From positions 2,967 to 66,966 of the forward strand of contig JBAYIK010000003.1 in assembly GCA_041665625.1 (NCBI GenBank): 64,000 bases of DNA, in the 5' to 3' direction. Of the stretch, positions 28,591 through 39,451 are shown piece by piece. The notes under the pieces were generated by a model, which saw only the letters and a program-made list of their open reading frames with translations, ran no database searches and was not told the DNA's origin. The DNA is from Minisyncoccota bacterium. Its GTDB lineage: Bacteria > Patescibacteriota > Minisyncoccia > Phycocordibacterales > XYD1-FULL-46-19. Within the stretch, counting starts at the first letter, position 1, and every line of letters starts with the position of its first letter. Made by a program: the position numbers and the translations under genes.

Positions 28591-29025
28591 ATGCCCACAA
28601 TCAATCAATTAATTAGGAAGCCTCGCAAAATCGTTAAGCGCAAGTCTAACACGGTGGCTTTAGAGCGCGGTTTTAATACTATTAAGAACAAGCCAGTTTT
28701 CTATCCATCTCCCTTCAAACGAGGTGTCTGTTTGCAGGTTAAGACTACTACTCCTAAGAAGCCTAACTCCGCTTTGCGTAAGATTGCCCGTGTACGTTTG
28801 ACCAACGGTATGGAGGTCACGGCTTATATCCCAGGTGAGGGTCATAATTTGCAAGAGCACTCAGTGGTTATTATCCGTGGTGGTCGTGTGAAGGACTTGC
28901 CAGGTGTTCGTTACCACATTGTCCGCGGTCTCTTGGATACCGCTGGTGTTGAGAAGCGTCGCCAGGGCCGTTCTCTATATGGTAACAAGCGTCCTAAGGC
29001 TGGTGCCGATGCTAAAAAGAAATAA
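28591..29025 (+). CDS. rpsL: 30S ribosomal protein S12
   Basis: [13 protein letters not shown]...[10 protein letters not shown]...[18 protein letters not shown]. Confidence 0.9.
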   Translation: MPTINQLIRKPRKIVKRKSNTVALERGFNTIKNKPVFYPSPFKRGVCLQVKTTTPKKPNSALRKIARVRLTNGMEVTAYIPGEGHNLQEHSVVIIRGGRVKDLPGVRYHIVRGLLDTAGVEKRRQGRSLYGNKRPKAGADAKKK

Positions 29026-29030
29026 TTATT

Positions 29031-29510
29031 ATGCGACGACCTACTAAAAGATTAGTTAAATTAGAGCCAGATCATCAATATCAATCTCTCAAGGTTGAGA
29101 AGCTTATTAACTATATTATGGAGCGTGGCAAGAAAAATGTTGCCCGAACCATTGTTTATGGTGCTTTTGATATCATCAAAGAGAAGACCAAGGAGGAGCC
29201 TATCGAAGTTTTTGAAACTGCTATTCGCAATGTCTCCCCACAGGTTGAAGTTCGCTCCCGCCGTGTTGGTGGTGCTAACTATCAGGTTCCTCACGAAGTC
29301 CGTCCTGAGCGCAAGCTCGCTTTAACTTATCGCTGGATTATTGAGGCTGCCAAGGGAAAGAAAGGGAAGCCAATGGCTCAAAAATTGGCCGACGAACTTA
29401 TTGGTGCTTATAAAAATGAAGGCGAAGCTATTAAGAAGCGTGAGAACGTTCATCGTATGGCTGAAGCCAACAGAGCTTTTGCTCACTTTGCCCTCGCTCG
29501 TAAGAAATAA
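29031..29510 (+). CDS. rpsG: 30S ribosomal protein S7
   Basis: EVRSRRVGGANYQVPHEVRPERKLALTYRWII...REN VHRMAEANRAFAHF matches S7. Confidence 0.9.
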   Translation: MRRPTKRLVKLEPDHQYQSLKVEKLINYIMERGKKNVARTIVYGAFDIIKEKTKEEPIEVFETAIRNVSPQVEVRSRRVGGANYQVPHEVRPERKLALTYRWIIEAAKGKKGKPMAQKLADELIGAYKNEGEAIKKRENVHRMAEANRAFAHFALARKK

Positions 29511-29523
29511 AATTTAATAATTA

Positions 29524-29572
29524 ATTAGGGTGTTCGAAGTTGGACTTCGGGCACACTTGAAGTCCAACTTCT
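29524..29572. repeat. Perfect 13-bp inverted repeat (hairpin) in the rpsG-fusA intergenic spacer
   Basis: cGAAGTTGGACTTCgggcacacttGAAGTCCAACTTCt. Confidence 0.5.
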
Positions 29573-29584
29573 AACAACAAATCT

Positions 29585-31726
29585 ATGAGAGATTATCCTT
29601 TAGACAAAGTTCGCAATTTCGGTATTATCGCCCACATCGACGCTGGTAAGACTACTGTCTCCGAGCGTATTCTTTATTATACTGGTGTCTCTCATAAGAT
29701 TGGTGAGGTTCACGAAGGTGAGGCTGTCATGGACTGGATGGATCAAGAGCGTGAGCGTGGTATTACCATTTGTTCAGCCGCTACCACCGCTTTCTGGACC
29801 CCAACTTACGACATTTTAAATCCTGATCGCAAGCATCGTTTGAATATCATCGACACCCCGGGGCACATTGATTTCACCGTTGAGGTTAAGCGTTCTCTCC
29901 GTGTTCTTGATGGCGCCGTGGTTATCTTCGACGGTGTCGCTGGTGTGGAGCCTCAGTCTGAGACCAACTGGCGTTATGCTGATGAGGCCAAGGTTCCTCG
30001 TATGTGTTTTGTTAATAAGCTCGACCGTATGGGCGCCTCTTATGACAAATCTTTCCAGACTATTCTTGACCGTCTTTCGAAGAAAGCAATTCGAATTCAA
30101 ATTCCTATTGGTGTTGATTCTGAACACGAAGGGGTTATCGATTTGATCAAAATGAAGGGTTATCTCTTCGAAGGGGATAAGGGTAAAGAAATTAAAGAAA
30201 TTGAGATTCCTGAGAAATATCTTGAAGATGCCAAAACTCTCCGAGCTGAACTCGTGGAGCGTATTGTTGAGAACGACGATACTTTGATGACCGACTTTCT
30301 TGAAGGTAAGGAAATTTCTATCCCTGATCTCAAGCGTGTAATGCGCAAGGCTGTTATCGCCAACGAAATTTTCCCTGTTATGTGTGGTTCGGCTCTTAAG
30401 AATAAGGGTGTGCAACTCATGCTCGATGCCGTTGTCGATTATTTGCCAAGTCCATTAGACATGCCCGCTATCCACGGCTTCCATCCTGTTACTGGCGAAG
30501 AAGAATTCCGCAAGACTTCGGATGATGAGCATTTCTCGGCTCTCGCTTTCAAAATGCAGGCGGATCCCTTTGTTGGTCAGTTGACCTTCTTCCGTGTCTA
30601 CTCTGGTGTTCTCAAGTCTGGGTCCTATGTCTACAATTCCATCAATGATGAACGTGAGCGGGTTGGACGTATTGTTCGTCTCCACGCTAACCATCGTGAA
30701 GAAGTGCCGGAGGTCTATGCGGGAGAAATTGCCGCTATCGTGGGCCTTAAGAGCACCAAGACTGGCCACACTCTTTGTGATGAGAATTTCCCTATTGTTC
30801 TTGAAGGTATCAAGATTCCTGAACCGGTCGTGGAAATGAGAATTGAGCCTAAGACTAAGGTTGACCAAGAGAAAATGGGTATTGCTCTTAAGAAACTCTC
30901 TGATGAAGATCCAACCTTCCGCATCAAATCTGATCCTGAGACCATGGAGACCATTATCGCCGGTATGGGCGAATTACACTTAGACGTTCTCGTTGAACGT
31001 ATGAAGCGTGAGTTCGGCGTGGAGGCTAATATTGGTAAACCACAGGTCGCCTACAAAGAAACTATCACTGCCCCGGCTGAAGCTGAGAGTAAGTATGTGA
31101 AGCAGTCTGGTGGTAAGGGTCAATATGGCCACGTACGTATCCGCATTAAGCCTCTAGAGAAGATTGTCGATCCAGAAGCAAAGGTGGCCAAGAACATTAA
31201 GCGTGAAGCCAATTTCGAATTCATTAATAATATTAAAGGTGGTGCCATCCCGGGTGAGTATATCCCAGCCGTGGAGAAGGGTATCCGTGAAGGTCTCTCC
31301 CGTGGTATCTCCGCTGGCTTCGAAGTTGTCGATGTCTCAGTTGAACTCTATGATGGTTCCTACCACGAAGTGGACTCCTCCGAAATGGCCTTCAAGATGG
31401 CCGGCTCGATGGCTGTACAAGAAGCTGCCCGTCGCGCTAAGCCAGTGCTCCTTGAGCCAATTATGAAAGTTGAAGTTGTTGTCCCTGAGAAGTTCATGGG
31501 TGATATTACTGGCCACCTCTCCTCTAAGCGCGGACAGATTGAAGCGATGGAAGAAAGAGGGGATCTTAAGGTCATCAATGCTAAGGTACCTTTGTCTGAA
31601 ATGTTCGGCTATGTCACCACTCTTCGCTCCATGACCGAAGGCCGTGGCAACTACACCATGGAATTCCTCGAGTATGCCATTATCCCAACAAGTGTTGCTC
31701 AGGCTATCATCGAAGCGAGAAAATAG
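29585..31726 (+). CDS. fusA: Elongation factor G
   Basis: G-domain motifs [21 protein letters not shown]; ~710 aa; conserved C-terminal domains. Confidence 0.95.
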   Translation: MRDYPLDKVRNFGIIAHIDAGKTTVSERILYYTGVSHKIGEVHEGEAVMDWMDQERERGITICSAATTAFWTPTYDILNPDRKHRLNIIDTPGHIDFTVEVKRSLRVLDGAVVIFDGVAGVEPQSETNWRYADEAKVPRMCFVNKLDRMGASYDKSFQTILDRLSKKAIRIQIPIGVDSEHEGVIDLIKMKGYLFEGDKGKEIKEIEIPEKYLEDAKTLRAELVERIVENDDTLMTDFLEGKEISIPDLKRVMRKAVIANEIFPVMCGSALKNKGVQLMLDAVVDYLPSPLDMPAIHGFHPVTGEEEFRKTSDDEHFSALAFKMQADPFVGQLTFFRVYSGVLKSGSYVYNSINDERERVGRIVRLHANHREEVPEVYAGEIAAIVGLKSTKTGHTLCDENFPIVLEGIKIPEPVVEMRIEPKTKVDQEKMGIALKKLSDEDPTFRIKSDPETMETIIAGMGELHLDVLVERMKREFGVEANIGKPQVAYKETITAPAEAESKYVKQSGGKGQYGHVRIRIKPLEKIVDPEAKVAKNIKREANFEFINNIKGGAIPGEYIPAVEKGIREGLSRGISAGFEVVDVSVELYDGSYHEVDSSEMAFKMAGSMAVQEAARRAKPVLLEPIMKVEVVVPEKFMGDITGHLSSKRGQIEAMEERGDLKVINAKVPLSEMFGYVTTLRSMTEGRGNYTMEFLEYAIIPTSVAQAIIEARK

Positions 31727-31737
31727 TTCGAAATAGG

Positions 31738-32535
31738 ATGAAGAAATTTTTAAGTTTATGTCAGGAAATTAAGACCTCTGATGTTATAAAAGGCGGTCGG
31801 GTTTCTTTTGTTTTCTATTTTTTCCTCACCCATATACTTAACCTGGTTTGGCATTTTAATCAGAAATTGACCAGAATTATTGCGGCTCGGCTTGCTACCC
31901 CTAAGAGATTTCTGATTAAGAATAAAACCGGTTATTTTTGGGTTTCCCCCTTTAATGATTCAATGACGGTCTCGGCTGATTATTATGATTCTCAGCTGGT
32001 TAATTGGTTAGAAAAACCACCTAAGAAGAGGATTTTTGTTGATATCGGGGCTCATATTGGACGGTATTCAATTTTAGCTGGTAGGAAATACTACAAAGTT
32101 GTTGCTTTTGAACCAAATCCAGCTATTTTTTCAGTTTTAGAAAATAATATTAAAGCTAACAATTTAGAGGAAAAAGTTAATCTACATAAAGTTGCCTTAA
32201 GTGATAAACCCGGGACAGTCCTTTTTACCGTTGACGATATTTACTCGGTAGCAAGTGGCATTTCCGATGATGGGACGGGGTTACCTGTTTCTTGTGCCCT
32301 TGGCGATGAGATTCTTAAAGGGGTTAACTTTGAAGAGATTGATTTCATCAAAATAGATGTTGAGGGCCATGATCGGGAAGTTTTAAATGGGCTAAATGAG
32401 GTTCTAACCAAGATGCCTATGGGGAGCTTCATTATGATCGAGTTTGATAATGAGACCGCAAAAACCCTAAAGAAGTACTCCTTTGAATTTGTAAAATCTG
32501 ATGGTGGACTTAACCACTTGTTCGAAAAGAGATAG
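31738..32535 (+). CDS. FkbM-family SAM-dependent methyltransferase
   Basis: FVDIGAHIGRYSILAGRKYYKVVAFEPNPAIFSVLENN...VALSDKPGTV fits the Methyltransf_21/FkbM motif. Confidence 0.6.
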   Translation: MKKFLSLCQEIKTSDVIKGGRVSFVFYFFLTHILNLVWHFNQKLTRIIAARLATPKRFLIKNKTGYFWVSPFNDSMTVSADYYDSQLVNWLEKPPKKRIFVDIGAHIGRYSILAGRKYYKVVAFEPNPAIFSVLENNIKANNLEEKVNLHKVALSDKPGTVLFTVDDIYSVASGISDDGTGLPVSCALGDEILKGVNFEEIDFIKIDVEGHDREVLNGLNEVLTKMPMGSFIMIEFDNETAKTLKKYSFEFVKSDGGLNHLFEKR

Positions 32536-32642
32536 ACCTCCTTAACTTGATAGTCTCGGTGCCCGTGTTATTCCTTGTCAAATTGTCTTGCCCGGGAGTA
32601 TTATTAGGTCATTAAAAGTTCACAATTATAATAAATAAAAAT

Positions 32643-33065
32643 ATGGAAGGAGCACCAACACGAGAGTCAAGACGAGAAGAAGATATGACCCCAATTGAAA
32701 GGGTTAGAAACGCTAGGAATATTTTAGAAGAAAAAAGAGAAAATTTAGGGAATGCTGTTGGGGAGGTTGGGAGATTGGAGTTTGTTATTCGCTATGCCGT
32801 AAAACATCCAGGAACTCCTATTTCGCAATATGTCGAAAAATATCTTGAGAAGATAGACAAATATATTGAAGATGAAGGCGAAAATGCTGATCAGAATGAT
32901 GTAGCAAAAATGGCTGACAATATGCTCAACGGTTTTAATGAGATGCTCCTGGAACAAGGAGATCTTAGCATCGCAGAAGACAACCGGTTGATGGGGAAGG
33001 GTGAAACTTTTACTCCGACACAGGCCCCTTCTGAAGAAGGGGGGTCCGGAGCCATGGCTGCTTAA
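32643..33065 (+). CDS. Hypothetical acidic protein (140 aa)
   Basis: ORF with a plausible RBS context, no recognisable domain, Glu/Asp-rich. Confidence 0.35.
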   Translation: MEGAPTRESRREEDMTPIERVRNARNILEEKRENLGNAVGEVGRLEFVIRYAVKHPGTPISQYVEKYLEKIDKYIEDEGENADQNDVAKMADNMLNGFNEMLLEQGDLSIAEDNRLMGKGETFTPTQAPSEEGGSGAMAA

Positions 33066-33092
33066 ATAAGGGAATTTCTATTTATAAAATGA

Positions 33093-33132
33093 GAACCCCC
33101 CGGCGAGCGCTAGTGCTCGCCGGGGGGTTTGT
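33093..33132 (+). terminator. Rho-independent terminator
   Basis: CCCCCCGGCGAGC-gctagt-GCTCGCCGGGGGG followed by TTTGT. Confidence 0.6.
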
Positions 33133-33233
33133 GGCCTAGTTTGACTTATCTGAGGATTTTGCTAATATAAGTACTGCGTTTGTGCGCAGTCTTTTAATTT
33201 GTATTTATTATTAATCGTTAATTTTAATTAATT

Positions 33234-34439
33234 ATGGCAGCAGAAAAATTTGATCGTTCCAAGCCACACGTTAACGTCGGGACCATTGGCCACGTTGACC
33301 ACGGCAAGACCACCCTCACCGCCGCTATCTTGTACACTCTAAACATGGCCTCTGGCCAAGGTTATAGTGCTCGCGTAGAGAACGTCGATGGTATTGATAA
33401 TGCCCCTGAAGAGAAAGCGAGAGGAATCACTATTGCTCTTCACCACTCTGAGTACAGCACTCCTAAGCGTCACTATGCTCACATCGACGCTCCAGGTCAC
33501 GCTGACTATATTAAGAACATGATTACTGGTGCCGCCCAGATGGATGGCGCTGTTATCGTGGTTGCTGCGACTGATGGTATTATGCCTCAGACTCGCGAGC
33601 ACGTTCTTTTGGCTCGCCAGGTTGGTGTGCCTAAGATCATTGTTTTCATCAACAAGTGCGATATGGTTGATGATCCTGAACTCATTGACTTGGTTGAAGA
33701 GGAAGTTCGTGAACTTCTTACTAAACAAGAATTCGATGGCGCCAATGCCCCTGTTATCCGTGGCTCCGCTCTTAAGGCTCTTGCTTCCACCAGTCTTGAT
33801 GACGAGTGGTCCAAGGGTATCCTTGCTTTAGTTCAGGCTATGGATGACTATATTCCTGATCCTATCCGTGAAGTTGACAAGCCATTCTTGATGCCGATTG
33901 AAGATATCTTCTCAATTGAAGGTCGCGGGACTGTCGTTACTGGCCGTATCGAGCGCGGTGTTGTGAAGGTTGGTGAAGATGCCGAAATTGTCGGTCTCAC
34001 TCCTACTGTCAAAACTACCATTACCGGTATCGAAATGTTCAACAAGCAACTCGACGAGGGTATGGCTGGCGACAACGCTGGTATTCTCTTGCGCGGTCTT
34101 AAGAAGGACGATGTTACCCGTGGTCAGGTTTTGGCCAAGGTCGGCTCCGTTACTCCTCACACCGAATTCACCGCTGAAGTTTACATTTTGACCAAGGAGG
34201 AAGGTGGTCGCCACACTCCATTCTTCGCTGGTTACAAGCCACAATTCTACATTCGTACCACTGACGTGACTGGTGAGGTTATTCTCCCAGAGGATGTTAA
34301 AATGGTTATGCCTGGCGATACCATTAGTATCACTGTTAAGTTGATTTCTCCGGTCGCCTTGGAAGACAAGCAACGCTTTGCTATCCGCGAGGGTGGTAAG
34401 ACTGTTGGAGCCGGTGCTGTTAACAAAATTATTGCTTAA
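33234..34439 (+). CDS. tuf: Elongation factor Tu
   Basis: [26 protein letters not shown] motifs; ~400 aa. Confidence 0.95.
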   Translation: MAAEKFDRSKPHVNVGTIGHVDHGKTTLTAAILYTLNMASGQGYSARVENVDGIDNAPEEKARGITIALHHSEYSTPKRHYAHIDAPGHADYIKNMITGAAQMDGAVIVVAATDGIMPQTREHVLLARQVGVPKIIVFINKCDMVDDPELIDLVEEEVRELLTKQEFDGANAPVIRGSALKALASTSLDDEWSKGILALVQAMDDYIPDPIREVDKPFLMPIEDIFSIEGRGTVVTGRIERGVVKVGEDAEIVGLTPTVKTTITGIEMFNKQLDEGMAGDNAGILLRGLKKDDVTRGQVLAKVGSVTPHTEFTAEVYILTKEEGGRHTPFFAGYKPQFYIRTTDVTGEVILPEDVKMVMPGDTISITVKLISPVALEDKQRFAIREGGKTVGAGAVNKIIA

Positions 34440-34472
34440 GTTCGCTTAATCAATCAAGCACCTTACAAAATT

Positions 34473-34847
34473 ATGGAAAACGAAACAAAAACAACCAAAG
34501 CCAAGAAGCCCGCGAAGGCCAAGAAGGATGAGGTAAAAGAATTGGCCAAGTTGCGCATTCGTGTCTCAGCTTATGAGCACAAAGTGCTTGATGCTAGCGT
34601 GAAGCAGATTGTTGATACCGCGACTCGTTATGATGGTAAGATTGAGGGTCCTATCCCTCTTCCTACCGAGTTCAAGAAGTATACTGTTAACCGCAGTTCC
34701 TTCATCGACAAGAACTCCCGCGAGCAGTTCGAAATGCGTATCCATAAGCGCTTGATTGATATCTCTAACCCCTCTCCGAAGTTGATTGAGAGCCTTACAA
34801 ATCTCAACCTCCCATCCGGAGTCAACATCGACGTAAAGATGATGTAA
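34473..34847 (+). CDS. rpsJ: 30S ribosomal protein S10 (with a Lys-rich N-terminal extension)
   Basis: [23 protein letters not shown]...GPIPLPT...[12 protein letters not shown]. Confidence 0.85.
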   Translation: MENETKTTKAKKPAKAKKDEVKELAKLRIRVSAYEHKVLDASVKQIVDTATRYDGKIEGPIPLPTEFKKYTVNRSSFIDKNSREQFEMRIHKRLIDISNPSPKLIESLTNLNLPSGVNIDVKMM

Positions 34848-34849
34848 AC

Positions 34850-34878
34850 AAAAAAGCCCCTCCGGGGGCTTTTTTGTT
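34850..34878 (+). terminator. Rho-independent terminator between rpsJ and rplC
   Basis: AAAAAAGCCCC-tccg-GGGGCTTTTTT. Confidence 0.6.
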
Positions 34879-34940
34879 GACATTTCTCCCTGATTTGTTA
34901 GTATAAATCAAAGCTCGTAGGGGCTATTATTTTTACTTTT

Positions 34941-35594
34941 ATGAAATTCATTCTCGGCAAAAAGGAATACATGACCCAGCTCTTTGATGAGTCTGGTAAG
35001 GTTGTCCCTGGGACGGTTGTTTCGGCTGGTCCTATGTATGTTCTTGAACTTAAAAAAGGTAAGCCCTCTACTACTAAATCCAAGACTGGCACCTACGATT
35101 CGATGGTTATCGGTTATGGCGAGCGCAACCTCAAGAATGTCAATAAGCCTCAGAAAGGTTTGATCAAGAAGGCTCTTGCTGAGAGAGAGAAGGGTTTCAC
35201 TATCATTCGTGAATTCAATAATAAGAAAAGTGCTTTGCCTGAAGTCGGAGTTGGCGGGGTCATCGATGCCTCAACTTTCGCTCAAGGTGATAAGGTTGTT
35301 GTTAGCTCCATCTCTAAGGGTAAGGGCTTCCAAGGTGTGGTCAAGCGTCACCACTTCGAAGGAGGACGTCGTTCCCATGGTCAGAAGCACTCCGAGCGTG
35401 AGCCAGGTTCTATTGGTGCCGGTGGTAAACAGCGTGTTATGCCTGGTATGCGTATGGCCGGCCGTATGGGTACTGATCGCATCACTTCTAAGAATTGTAT
35501 CGTTTCCCGTGTTGATGCCGACAAGAATTTGATTTTTATTAAGGGAGCCATTGCTGGTCGCAAGGGTACATTGGTGGAAATAGTTGTTAAATAG
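34941..35594 (+). CDS. rplC: 50S ribosomal protein L3
   Basis: MKFILGKKEYMTQLFDE parallels MIGLVGKKVGMTRIF. The GKGFQGVVKRH...GSIG region is conserved. Confidence 0.9.
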   Translation: MKFILGKKEYMTQLFDESGKVVPGTVVSAGPMYVLELKKGKPSTTKSKTGTYDSMVIGYGERNLKNVNKPQKGLIKKALAEREKGFTIIREFNNKKSALPEVGVGGVIDASTFAQGDKVVVSSISKGKGFQGVVKRHHFEGGRRSHGQKHSEREPGSIGAGGKQRVMPGMRMAGRMGTDRITSKNCIVSRVDADKNLIFIKGAIAGRKGTLVEIVVK

Positions 35595-35608
35595 ACTGAT
35601 AAATTATC

Positions 35609-36277
35609 ATGATTGAAGCAAAGGTTTATAATTTTGAAGGAGCTGAATCAGGGAAGGCAAGTTTGCCCGAGGCTATCTTTGGCGTGAAGTGGAACAATGA
35701 CTTGGTTTACCAGGTTGCTGTTGCTATGCAGGCCAATCTTCGTCGCGTGACCGCTGATACTAAGGACCGTTCCGATGTTCGCGGTGGTGGTAAGAAACCA
35801 TGGCGCCAGAAGGGTACTGGGCGTGCCCGTCACGGTTCCTCTCGTTCTCCAATCTGGAAGGGTGGTGGTATTACTCATGGCCCAGTTGCTGAGAAGGATT
35901 ATAGCCAGAAGATCAATAAGAAAATGAAGTCCAAGGCCTTCTTCATCGCTTTGTCTAAGAAGCTCGCTGATGGCGAAGTTGTCTTTGTCCAAGATCTACC
36001 TCTAACTGTGGCTAAGACCAAGCAGGCTCAAGCCTATTTGAATAATTTTGCTAAGGCTGGTTTCGAGAAAATCAACTACAAGAAGGGTAAGCGTGCCCTT
36101 ATCACTACCGCCAAGAAGGATGAGAAGACCTCTAAGAGCTTCAAGAATATTCCTAGCGCTACTGTTTCTGACTTGCGCGATATTAATCTTCTTGATTTAT
36201 TGAATTATAAATATATTGTCATTACCAACCCGGCTGATAGTTTGGTCGTTCTTAAGACCCGCGCTAAAGCAGAATAA
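35609..36277 (+). CDS. rplD: 50S ribosomal protein L4
   Basis: [20 protein letters not shown] motif. Confidence 0.9.
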   Translation: MIEAKVYNFEGAESGKASLPEAIFGVKWNNDLVYQVAVAMQANLRRVTADTKDRSDVRGGGKKPWRQKGTGRARHGSSRSPIWKGGGITHGPVAEKDYSQKINKKMKSKAFFIALSKKLADGEVVFVQDLPLTVAKTKQAQAYLNNFAKAGFEKINYKKGKRALITTAKKDEKTSKSFKNIPSATVSDLRDINLLDLLNYKYIVITNPADSLVVLKTRAKAE

Positions 36278-36282
36278 ATACC

Positions 36283-36588
36283 ATGTCTAAAATCGGTAAA
36301 GAAAACAAAACCCAGATTGTCTTGAAGTCACCTCGCGTTACCGAGAAGTCGACAGATTTGTCTTTGCGCAAGAGTGGTCCGGCTTATGTCTTCGAAGTCG
36401 CGCAAGAAGCCACCAAACCTATGGTTGTTGCCGCCTTTGTTGCTAAATATAAGGTTAAGCCAGTGAAGGTCAATATTGTTAATTTGCCAGCCAAGAAGAC
36501 TTTGGTTCGCGGTAAGCGCGGTCATAAGAGTGCCATTAAGAAGGCGATCGTTTTTATTAAGGTTGGTGAAAAAATAGAAATTGTCTAA
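36283..36588 (+). CDS. rplW: 50S ribosomal protein L23
   Basis: Size, position and the YVFEV...VKVNIVN pattern. Confidence 0.8.
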   Translation: MSKIGKENKTQIVLKSPRVTEKSTDLSLRKSGPAYVFEVAQEATKPMVVAAFVAKYKVKPVKVNIVNLPAKKTLVRGKRGHKSAIKKAIVFIKVGEKIEIV

Positions 36589-36589
36589 T

Positions 36590-37429
36590 ATGAAAAAATA
36601 CGCCCCAACAACCCCATCCCGTCGCAACATGACCACGATTAACTATCGTGAGTATTTGACCGTCTCCGAGCCTCACAAGCCCCTTACCAAGGGTGTGAAG
36701 AGAGATGTCGGCCGCAATGGCGATGGTCGCATTACTGTTCGTCACAAGGGAGGGGGACATAAGCGCCTCTATCGTGATATTGATTTCAAATACACCAAAG
36801 TTGGTATTCCTGCCAAGATTGAGACTGTAGAGTATGATCCTAACCGCTCTGGCTTTATCGCCCTCGTTTGTTATAAGGATGGGGCTCGTGCCTATCACTT
36901 GCTACCCAAGGAGCTTAAGGTTGGCGACGTCATCTTGAATGATGCTAGCGCTGACGTGAAGACTGGTAATCGTTTGCCTCTGTCTAAAATTCCTGTCGGT
37001 ACCTTTATTTATAATATCGAGACCAAGCCGGGGAGTGGGGCTAAGTTTGTCCGTTCTGCTGGTTCTTATGCCGAGGTTGTCTCTCACGATGCCGGTTATA
37101 CCGCTATCAAGATGCCTTCAACCGAAATTCACAAATTACTTGATACTTGTTCCGCTTCGGTTGGTGCCGTTTCTAATGATGAGCACAAGCTGGTGAAATA
37201 TGGTAAGGCTGGTCGCTCTCGTTGGATGGGTATCCGCCCAACCGTTCGTGGTACCGCTATGAACCCTGTCGACCATCCATACGGTGGAGGTGAAGGTGTC
37301 CAGGGTCGCGGAACTAAGCGTCCTAAGACTATGTGGGGTAAGGTTACCGGTGGCCGTAAGACTCGTCATCCTAAGAAATATTCTAACCACCTCGTTGTTT
37401 CTCGCCGTAAGGTTGGGAAGCGTAAATAG
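36590..37429 (+). CDS. rplB: 50S ribosomal protein L2
   Basis: MKKYAPTTPSRR...GGGHKRLYR...NPVDHPYGGGEG. The ATG at 36590 sits just after the rplW stop; the ORF-track TTG start at 36581 overlaps it. Confidence 0.9.
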   Translation: MKKYAPTTPSRRNMTTINYREYLTVSEPHKPLTKGVKRDVGRNGDGRITVRHKGGGHKRLYRDIDFKYTKVGIPAKIETVEYDPNRSGFIALVCYKDGARAYHLLPKELKVGDVILNDASADVKTGNRLPLSKIPVGTFIYNIETKPGSGAKFVRSAGSYAEVVSHDAGYTAIKMPSTEIHKLLDTCSASVGAVSNDEHKLVKYGKAGRSRWMGIRPTVRGTAMNPVDHPYGGGEGVQGRGTKRPKTMWGKVTGGRKTRHPKKYSNHLVVSRRKVGKRK

Positions 37430-37446
37430 ACGCTCCACTTGCTCAA

Positions 37447-37487
37447 TAAAACAACACAGAAAACCCCTCCAGCGAGGGGTTTTCTTA
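37447..37487 (+). terminator. Rho-independent terminator, second copy of the repeated ~40-nt element
   Basis: AAAACAACACAGAAAACCCCTCCAGCGAGGGGTTTTCTTA is identical to the hairpin at 18004-18046. Confidence 0.65.
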
Positions 37488-37617
37488 TCCACTCTTAGTT
37501 TTTCTCTAAACCATATCTATGGTGCTATAATAAATTTAGGCGTAAACGCTTGCTTTGTTTTATTATAAATTTATTATTAATCAATGTCTCGCTTAGCGGG
37601 ATTTAAAAACTAATTTA

Positions 37618-39267
37618 ATGAAAAAATATATTTTAGGAGCCATCCTCGTTTTATCGCTGGTTGTCGTTCCTTTTGTATCTTCGGCTCAGACTTCTGGGAT
37701 TGCCCCCTGCCCGATTATCACGGTTAATTTATCTCTGGGTAGCACTGGGCCCGACGTCACGGCGCTTCAGAAGTATTTGATTGAAGAAGGCCTGTTAAAC
37801 ATAGAAGGGGGTGGCCCCACTGGCTATTTTGGTGATCTAACTAGGGCTGCTGTTGTCCGATGGCAGACTGATCACAACATTCTCAACGAGACTGGCTTCG
37901 GTCCCTTGTCTCGAGCCGCTTTAGACTCCCTCTGTTCTGTCTCAGGTAAAGAAATTTCTCCTCGCATCTCAGGTGTCTCTGGTCAAATCCAGGGTAAAAT
38001 TTATCCTGGGGCTTGGATTAAACTTACAGGGAATCGTTTGACGGCTGACGTACGTATTACTAAATCTGGTAATCCAAACATTGTTATCAAGCCTGAGGCA
38101 AAAAGTGTTACTTATTATGATGAGGGCCGAGAGAGAATGAGGATTGACTTCCAGCTTAGTTCCACCACTCCGGTTGGGAGCTACTATATCAATGTCTATA
38201 GTGCTACGGGAGTGAAGAGCCCAACAGTGCCTTTCCGTGTTGTTAAGAGGCCAGTGGCCGCCGACGGCCTTCTTGATCCGGTTATTGTCTCTGTTTCTGC
38301 CAGCACTACTGATATCTACCCTGGTTCATGGGTTAAATTACTTGGCAAAAGACTCAGTGGTGATGTTCGAATTACTAAACATAATTATCCCAACATCATT
38401 ATCAAGCCGGTGGCAAGAATTAATGCAGACGCCTCGAGGGTTGATTTCAAACTTCCTCCTGAAGTAACTGTTGGTGCTTACTATCTTAATGTTTACAGCG
38501 ATGTCGGACGCAATAGTAATACTATGCCATTGAGGGTGGTGGGCTCTAATTCTGAGGAAAATGTTCAACCAACAATTACCTTTGTTTCTCCAAGTGGAGG
38601 AGAAACATTTAAGTCAGGGCAACAAGTGATTGTTAGATATGATATGGCTAATTTCCTTCGAGTTGCTAACGTTCAAATTCAACTTAATAAAGGAGCTATT
38701 TATCCTGGGGGTCCTTATAACCCAGTGGGCAATGCTACTAATTATATGCCCGCCGGTCATTATACTTTTACTATTCCAGCAGATGCTCCTTCGGGGGATG
38801 ACTATAGCTTTATGATTAATTCTGATTACCCTAATACGGAAACTAGTGCTCATTTCCAATCGAACATTTTTAGTATCGTTGCCCCCGATACCTCTGCCTC
38901 TGGTAGGCCACGTATAGAGGGAGAGGTTCTTACTGGTGTCTCTGGTCATGGCACTGGCCATTGGCTTAGAATTCGTGGGGCTCGTCTGACGAACAATGTC
39001 GTTATTCGTAAATACGGCGGAACAGCCACGACAACTCTCTCTGGGGGTATCGTTTCTGGTGTTCCTGGTAATGCTGCCGCTTTCCTTGATATTGAGTTAA
39101 ATATCCCAGTTGGGAGCTATCAGCTTAATATAATTGGTTCTGATGGCACGGTTAGTAACACAGTAAGACTGAACGTCACAGCGGAAACGGCAAGCTCAAG
39201 AGCTAGTCAAATTGCAGCTGTCGCTAGCGCTATCCAGGCTCTGGTTGCTCAACTTAAGGTTCAGTAA
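37618..39267 (+). CDS. Secreted cell-wall-binding protein: N-terminal PG_binding_1-like domain plus three IPT/TIG-like beta-sandwich repeats; inserted between rplB and rpsS
   Basis: Signal peptide MKKYILGAILVLSLVVVPFVSSA. LSLGSTGPDVTALQKYLIEEGLL...GYFGDLTRAAVVRWQ matches the peptidoglycan-binding-domain consensus. Repeats begin YPGAWIKLTGNRLTADVRITK..., YPGSWVKLLGKRLSGDVRITK..., GHWLRIRGARLTNNVVIRK.... Confidence 0.6.
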   Translation: MKKYILGAILVLSLVVVPFVSSAQTSGIAPCPIITVNLSLGSTGPDVTALQKYLIEEGLLNIEGGGPTGYFGDLTRAAVVRWQTDHNILNETGFGPLSRAALDSLCSVSGKEISPRISGVSGQIQGKIYPGAWIKLTGNRLTADVRITKSGNPNIVIKPEAKSVTYYDEGRERMRIDFQLSSTTPVGSYYINVYSATGVKSPTVPFRVVKRPVAADGLLDPVIVSVSASTTDIYPGSWVKLLGKRLSGDVRITKHNYPNIIIKPVARINADASRVDFKLPPEVTVGAYYLNVYSDVGRNSNTMPLRVVGSNSEENVQPTITFVSPSGGETFKSGQQVIVRYDMANFLRVANVQIQLNKGAIYPGGPYNPVGNATNYMPAGHYTFTIPADAPSGDDYSFMINSDYPNTETSAHFQSNIFSIVAPDTSASGRPRIEGEVLTGVSGHGTGHWLRIRGARLTNNVVIRKYGGTATTTLSGGIVSGVPGNAAAFLDIELNIPVGSYQLNIIGSDGTVSNTVRLNVTAETASSRASQIAAVASAIQALVAQLKVQ

Positions 39268-39277
39268 GTTAATTTAG

Positions 39278-39322
39278 AAAACCGCCCAGGCCTCGGGAAA
39301 CCAGAGGTCTGGGCGGTTTTTT
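39278..39322 (+). terminator. Rho-independent terminator
   Basis: AAACCGCCCAGG...CCTGGGCGGTTTTTT. Confidence 0.55.
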
Positions 39323-39451
39323 GTGGGGCCTGAAGGGCTTTTGTTGACATTGAGCCAGTTTTTGCTATGATGACAGAGCTCATATTTGGGCGTTTATTTT
39401 TGCTCGTCAGGGTGTGCCAATCGGCCACTTCAACGGGTGTTTAAATTAATT

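Noticed and set aside
39386-39451. Upstream extension of the S19 ORF
   Set aside because: The S19 consensus begins at the [12 protein letters not shown] at 39452. The extension overlaps the preceding terminator.
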